Below, in pieces: positions 33,872 to 35,216 of a stretch of 35,216 bases of DNA. Every line of letters begins with the position of its first letter. Position 1 is the first letter of the stretch. The position numbers and the translations under genes are program-made. The notes beneath the pieces were generated by a model. It was not told the origin of the DNA. It saw only the letters and a list, made by a program, of their open reading frames with translations, and ran no database searches. This DNA is from Oikopleura dioica (Eukaryota; Animalia; Chordata), in contig CAJRAX010000012.1 of assembly GCA_907165135.1 (NCBI GenBank), positions 1-35,216 of the forward strand, written 5' to 3'.

Positions 33872-35216
33872 TCATGCATTTTCGAAAAATGAAGGATCAG
33901 GTCCAAAAACTAATTCTCCATTTTTTCTTTCATGTAAGGGGAATTTATTTGAAAAAAAATCATCTATTTTCGCAAATGCTTCTTGTTTTGACATGTAGAA
34001 TATGTCATTTATCCCGTAATGAGCTGCCAAACATTTAATTTCGACAAAACTCAAATGCTTTAAAAGAATCTCTTTCTGGCAAAAGAAAATCCCAAGAAAT
34101 AAAAATTCTCCTGAAATTGACTTCGACCAATTTGGATGATTTTGCTTGATAAAATCTCGAATAAAAATACGAAGTTCAGCACATGTATTTTTAGACGAAT
34201 CTAATAATCCAAATTTAAAAGCAATAAATTTAAGCATATTTTGATTTAATTCGCTTAATTTGAGGAAAACGCCCTTATTTACAACCATATTATTTTTAAT
34301 TTGATCGTATTTTCGTTCTATTTCCTCAAATAGCTCCGTGTTATCTACTTCTAGTTGAAAATTAACAGAACAGTCCATTTTTGAAGCTTCTTCTAGCTGA
34401 TTATACTTCTCAGCCCTAAGAAACTGAATAGTATATTCATCGCAAACAACGTTTTTTATCTCGTCAAAAATTTCGTTGACAGCATCTTGATCAACCCTCG
34501 GATCAACCTGCTGCCGTTTTTCACATGGATAAACAGATGAGTCTACCGAGGCCTCTCTCTCGCGCTTTTTACTAGCGATAGGTTCCGAAAGATTATAAAT
34601 TGTAGCGCTATCGAGTTCTGAACTCGACACTGTTATATTATCCATGATTGCTAAGTTAGGGAGGCTATCGAATGTGGCCGGGACAAAATTTTGACCATTT
34701 TCTATCTCGATGTTTTGCTCTTCTTCTAATTCTTTTTCCGATTCAGACCCTACGCTTGAATCTGAACCAGAGCTAGAGTTTGCATTTGAGCTATTGTTTT
34801 GGAAAATATTCTTTTTTTGGATAACTCGCTGCGGCTGAGATGGCGTTCTTAAAGGGGTTGAGCTCTGTGGAATATTGCTCTTATCTAGAGGGCCTTTACG
34901 GGTTTGGGATTGGCTCGATTTGCTACTTTCCAAAAATTTTTGCGCTCTCAAGGGGTCCATTTCTAAAGCGGCACCACTCGATTCTGTATTCCAAGAAGAG
35001 TCCGTCGACGACTCATTTGTATTGCTTTTATTCGAGGAAAGATCCGATTCAGAGGAATTTGCGATGGAGGACTCTTTTAACTGCTCAATGTCGACGCCAG
35101 TTTCAGAAGGAGAAACCTCTATACTTGTATTAGACCTTACGGCAGACGAAATAATATCTGAGAAGCATGGAAATTCAATTTGTTCAAATTTTTGAGTGTT
35201 AGGCAAGTTTTCTGAA
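33872..35216 (-). CDS. Element 3 Pol C-terminal tail (partial, open at the window edge): S/E-rich linker plus tandem helical repeat
   Basis: 444-aa ORF with no upstream stop to the edge. Its last ~165 aa align with element 1 (NHPNWSKSISGEFLF vs NHPNWRKSESGEFLF; RKNGELVFGP vs RKNNELFFGP). Confidence 0.85.
   Translation of the reverse strand, partial: SENLPNTQKFEQIEFPCFSDIISSAVRSNTSIEVSPSETGVDIEQLKESSIANSSESDLSSNKSNTNESSTDSSWNTESSGAALEMDPLRAQKFLESSKSSQSQTRKGPLDKSNIPQSSTPLRTPSQPQRVIQKKNIFQNNSSNANSSSGSDSSVGSESEKELEEEQNIEIENGQNFVPATFDSLPNLAIMDNITVSSSELDSATIYNLSEPIASKKREREASVDSSVYPCEKRQQVDPRVDQDAVNEIFDEIKNVVCDEYTIQFLRAEKYNQLEEASKMDCSVNFQLEVDNTELFEEIERKYDQIKNNMVVNKGVFLKLSELNQNMLKFIAFKFGLLDSSKNTCAELRIFIRDFIKQNHPNWSKSISGEFLFLGIFFCQKEILLKHLSFVEIKCLAAHYGINDIFYMSKQEAFAKIDDFFSNKFPLHERKNGELVFGPDPSFFENA

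Larger units (their letters stand above)
32468..35216 (-). mobile_element. Element 3: 3' end of a third Gypsy family member, truncated by the window edge
   Basis: Satellite breaks at GAACT|TGATACC. The ORF is homologous to the element 1 Pol tail. Right TSD is outside the window. Confidence 0.85.

Noticed and set aside
34840-35195. Plus-strand ORFs of 97 and 106 aa, and the small ORFs antisense to element 1 pol and gag
   Set aside because: They are antisense to a conserved retroelement ORF and show no recognisable motifs.
1-35216. Assignment to a host species or a named Gypsy clade
   Set aside because: AT-richness, ~40-nt intron-like units and the PBS type are not diagnostic; an RT phylogeny and database search are needed.

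Overview
Eukaryotic, AT-rich heterochromatin-like window with no host protein-coding gene. About 18 kb (~300 monomers) is a ~59-bp tandem satellite (consensus GATGAAAATGAACTCAACATCATCTAAAAACGCCAAAAAACGCATCAGAATATTTTTTC) that switches orientation four times (~2700, ~6385, ~14379, ~26705). It is interrupted by related Ty3/Gypsy LTR retrotransposons. Element 1 (6574-13971, minus) is near complete. Element 2 (15229-20043, plus) is internally deleted. Element 3 (32468 to the window end, minus) is cut by the edge. A solo LTR (425-1442) recurs at 30433-31513 inside a duplicated block. Main candidate system: a satellite-targeting Gypsy lineage. All four independent insertions fall in positions 10-23 of the monomer and all lie antisense to its A-rich strand. 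Pol ends in a long post-integrase tail with a tandem ~56-aa helical repeat resembling the HeH (SAP/LEM/Rho-N) fold, conserved between elements 1 and 3, instead of a chromodomain. The lineage also shows a conserved non-purine motif where the PPT should be, a covarying -1 frameshift hairpin, a tRNA-Trp-type PBS and an LTR-internal ~40-nt intron plus Thr-codon tract. Limits: everything was read by eye with no database search. Host species and centromeric status are unknown, and ~25900-32467 looks like poorly polished long-read sequence.
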